From positions 1 through 10,375 of the forward strand of contig CAXSGP010000135.1 in NCBI GenBank assembly GCA_964236955.1: 10,375 nt of DNA. The letters run 5' to 3'. A program made the translations under genes and the position numbers. The stretch comes from an uncultured Oligoflexus sp. Lineage in GTDB: Bacteria; Bdellovibrionota_B; Oligoflexia; Oligoflexales; Oligoflexaceae. Under the pieces are notes generated by a model that saw only the letters and a program-made list of their open reading frames with translations, searched no databases and was not told where the DNA came from. Position 1 is the first letter of the stretch. The number at the start of each line of letters is the position of its first letter. Positions 6,935-10,375 of this stretch are shown here, one piece after another.

Positions 6935-7197
6935 GGAAAAGCCTCCTGAGGTGTCTGTTGAAAGCATTTAGCGGAATCTTGGGGAGGATTTCGAGGGACA
7001 TTTTCTGGATAAGGATAAATGGGGCGGGGGTATGGCGAAGGCCTCGAGTCGTTTTATGGGGGCGCTGGGCTGTTGATGCTGTTTTTGGGGCAAGGCAGGC
7101 CGGCGGCGGGCCCGTATCACTGCAGGGGCTAAGGCGTTCCAGTTATGGGGGATTTTTGGGCCTCAGATTATAGAATCGCCGGATTCGTTGAGTGGGA

Positions 7198-7395
7198 TCA
7201 TCTTTGGTTTCCATGGGTGGAAAGGCTTCCCTGGGTGAGAACGGAAAGTCGGGTGGCAGGGTGATTCAAGTTCCAGCTTTTGCGGGCTTCGCCGGTTTTA
7301 GAAAGGCCTCCTTTGACCTCGACGCCGCAGGGGCAGCGGAGCCTGTCGAGCGGGAAAATGAAATCGCCGCCGAACCAGCCGCGCTGGCTGCTGGG
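7198..7395 (-). pseudogene. Start-less coding-like frame, possible PD-(D/E)xK nuclease relic
   Basis: Stop-to-stop frame PSSQRGWFGGDFIFPLDRLRCPCGVEVKGGLSKTGEARKSWNLNHPATRLSVLTQGSLSTHGNQR* with C-ending codons like neighbouring minus-strand genes and a D-F-h-h...E-V-K pattern. Confidence 0.25.
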
Positions 7396-7665
7396 TTAGG
7401 GTGAGGTCTTTCGTGACATCAATCCACGGAATCCTTCATGAGAGCCCTGAGGCTTAAGAAGGGTCAACTAGCGTCGGTTTGTCTCGTTAGGCTTAAGTGC
7501 GGGTCAATGATTTCGGTATTTTCAATCATTCTCCGTCTGGCCAACAAATCCACAGTTAAATATTTCTTTGATACCAGCTCTTGGATAAAATCTCTAAGCT
7601 GGCTTCACAAACAGGATCAAAGCGCAGGGTTCTAATATGTCAACTGTCAATGGGTAAGAAAATAT

Positions 7666-9039
7666 ATGAAGATCGTAGTGGTGGGTGTGGGTTATGTCGG
7701 TCTGGTAACGGGTACCTGTCTTGCCGAAGTTGGTTTTGAGGTCGTCTGCGTCGATAGCGATGCCGCGAAAATTAACCGCCTGCAGAAGGGCCAAAATCCA
7801 ATCTATGAACCTGGACTTGAGCCGATGATCCATAAGAACATCGCCGGGGACCGTCTTTTCTTTACAACCAACCTTCCCGATGCCTTGCAAGGGGCCAGCG
7901 CGGTTTTTATAGCGGTGGGAACCCCGGAAAAAGACGATGGAACTGCCGATCTTAAGTATGTGAACGCCGTGAGCAAAGAGCTTGGTCAAACCTTAAATTC
8001 TGAAATGATCGTAATCGTGAAATCGACGGTTCCCGTTGGGACCTGTGACCTGGTGGCAGCCTCTATTACCAAGGAACTAAAAAATCGCGGCAAAAACCTT
8101 TGCATCAGCGTGGCTTCTAATCCTGAATTTTTACAGGAAGGGCGTGCGGTAAAGAATTTCATGCGGCCTGATCGCATTGTGGTTGGCATTGAAGACAAGC
8201 GTGATCGAGCCTTTTTTGTCAGTCTCTACAAACCCTTCATTTTGGATGATGAGGGCAAACTTTTATTTATGGATAGGCGATCGTCGGAGCTGGCCAAATA
8301 TGGCGCCAATGCCATGCTTGCGTGCCGCATTAGTTTTATGAATGAATTGGCGATACTCTGTGAAAAAGTGGGTGCCAACATCGATCATATTCGACTGGGG
8401 ATTGGGTCCGACGACCGTATTGGCCGTAAATTTCTCTATGCGGGCCCCGGGTATGGGGGCTCCTGTTTTCCAAAGGATGTGGCGGCCCTTCTTAAGATTG
8501 GCGCGCAGTACGAAACGAAGCTCGGGGTTTTGGAAGGGGTGGATCAGGCCAATAAAAGGCAAGGTCAATTCATCTTTGATAAGATTAAGCGCATCTTTCC
8601 AAACCTGAGAAATAGGCGTTTTGCGGTCTGGGGACTGAGTTTCAAACCGGGCACCGACGATATTCGAGATACACCTAGCTTAGGCTTGATAAGGTCCTTA
8701 ATCGATTCGGGTGCTGATGTCGTGGCCCACGATCCCGAAGGTCAGGCAAACTTTGCCCGAGCGTTCGGTGACGATCCTGGACTTACCTATCGACTCGAGC
8801 CCTATGATACCCTCAATCAAGTCGATGGTTTGATCTTGATCACGGAATGGAACGAATACCGTGTTCCCGACTGGAAAAAGGTTAAATCGCTCATGCGCAG
8901 TCGAGTGATTTTTGACTTTAGGAACCAGTATGATGTGGCTGATATGGTCCAGCATCAATTTACCTACGAATGCATTGGTCGACCGGGCTGCAACTTTAAG
9001 ACTTACGAAGCCCTGCCGGGCAAAGCCAAAACGAATTGA
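7666..9039 (+). CDS. ugd: UDP-glucose 6-dehydrogenase
   Basis: Rossmann GVGYVG, PIYEPGL, FIAVGTP, KSTVPVGT, SNPEFLQEG, ELAKYGAN, catalytic Cys in GYGGSCFPKD, GLSFKPGTDDIR, DFRN. Confidence 0.96.
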   Translation: MKIVVVGVGYVGLVTGTCLAEVGFEVVCVDSDAAKINRLQKGQNPIYEPGLEPMIHKNIAGDRLFFTTNLPDALQGASAVFIAVGTPEKDDGTADLKYVNAVSKELGQTLNSEMIVIVKSTVPVGTCDLVAASITKELKNRGKNLCISVASNPEFLQEGRAVKNFMRPDRIVVGIEDKRDRAFFVSLYKPFILDDEGKLLFMDRRSSELAKYGANAMLACRISFMNELAILCEKVGANIDHIRLGIGSDDRIGRKFLYAGPGYGGSCFPKDVAALLKIGAQYETKLGVLEGVDQANKRQGQFIFDKIKRIFPNLRNRRFAVWGLSFKPGTDDIRDTPSLGLIRSLIDSGADVVAHDPEGQANFARAFGDDPGLTYRLEPYDTLNQVDGLILITEWNEYRVPDWKKVKSLMRSRVIFDFRNQYDVADMVQHQFTYECIGRPGCNFKTYEALPGKAKTN

Positions 9040-9083
9040 TTCCGATGGCCAATCATTGATCGCAAGCCGTGAGATAGTGAACC

Positions 9084-10034
<951 letters not shown>

Positions 10035-10375
10035 CCCTGGTCCCAAATGGTTTCAGTCGTTTGGTGAGGATTTCAATTTTTTTTGAGTTGTAATTGGGGG
10101 GATGAATAAGAAAAATCCCGGGAAACTTTTCTATTTGAAAAGACTCATGGATTCGTGATCACTTTATGACTTGCAAGATTCGCTTCTCGAATTAAGCCAT
10201 TTCTGCCTCTGGTGGGTTGATTTTTTTTCTAAGACCTGATCGAAAAGACAGGTCTGGAAGTTCATCTTGAATCGTGTCTGTCCGAGACTATCATAAAGAC
10301 TCAATGCTTTGTGGCAAGCTCTATCGAGTCGTCATTATGCGCAAGCCAATTAAAGGGCCAAGACCTTTATTTGAA

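Overview
Bacterial chromosomal window of roughly 50% GC; the lineage cannot be assigned from sequence alone. Left to right: a sigma70-type promoter drives two tandem tRNA-Ser genes (TGA, GCT; + strand, no encoded CCA). Converging on them is a decayed minus-strand gene, only partly captured by the ORF track, that looks DUF3800/RNase H-like (YVDE start motif, internal TAA). Next are an orphan cytoplasmic hybrid histidine kinase (5 PAS-HisKA-HATPase-REC, first PAS FixL-like) and a divergent O6-methylguanine-DNA methyltransferase (ogt). An intergenic hairpin built from two perfect inverted DnaA boxes also looks like the intrinsic terminator of two minus-strand hypothetical genes. A G/T-skewed spacer holds a possible PD-(D/E)xK nuclease relic. 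The window ends with a ugd-uxs pair (UDP-glucose to UDP-glucuronate to UDP-xylose) whose last 75 codons contain no C-ending codon. No CRISPR array, intact transposase/integrase or att duplication was seen.
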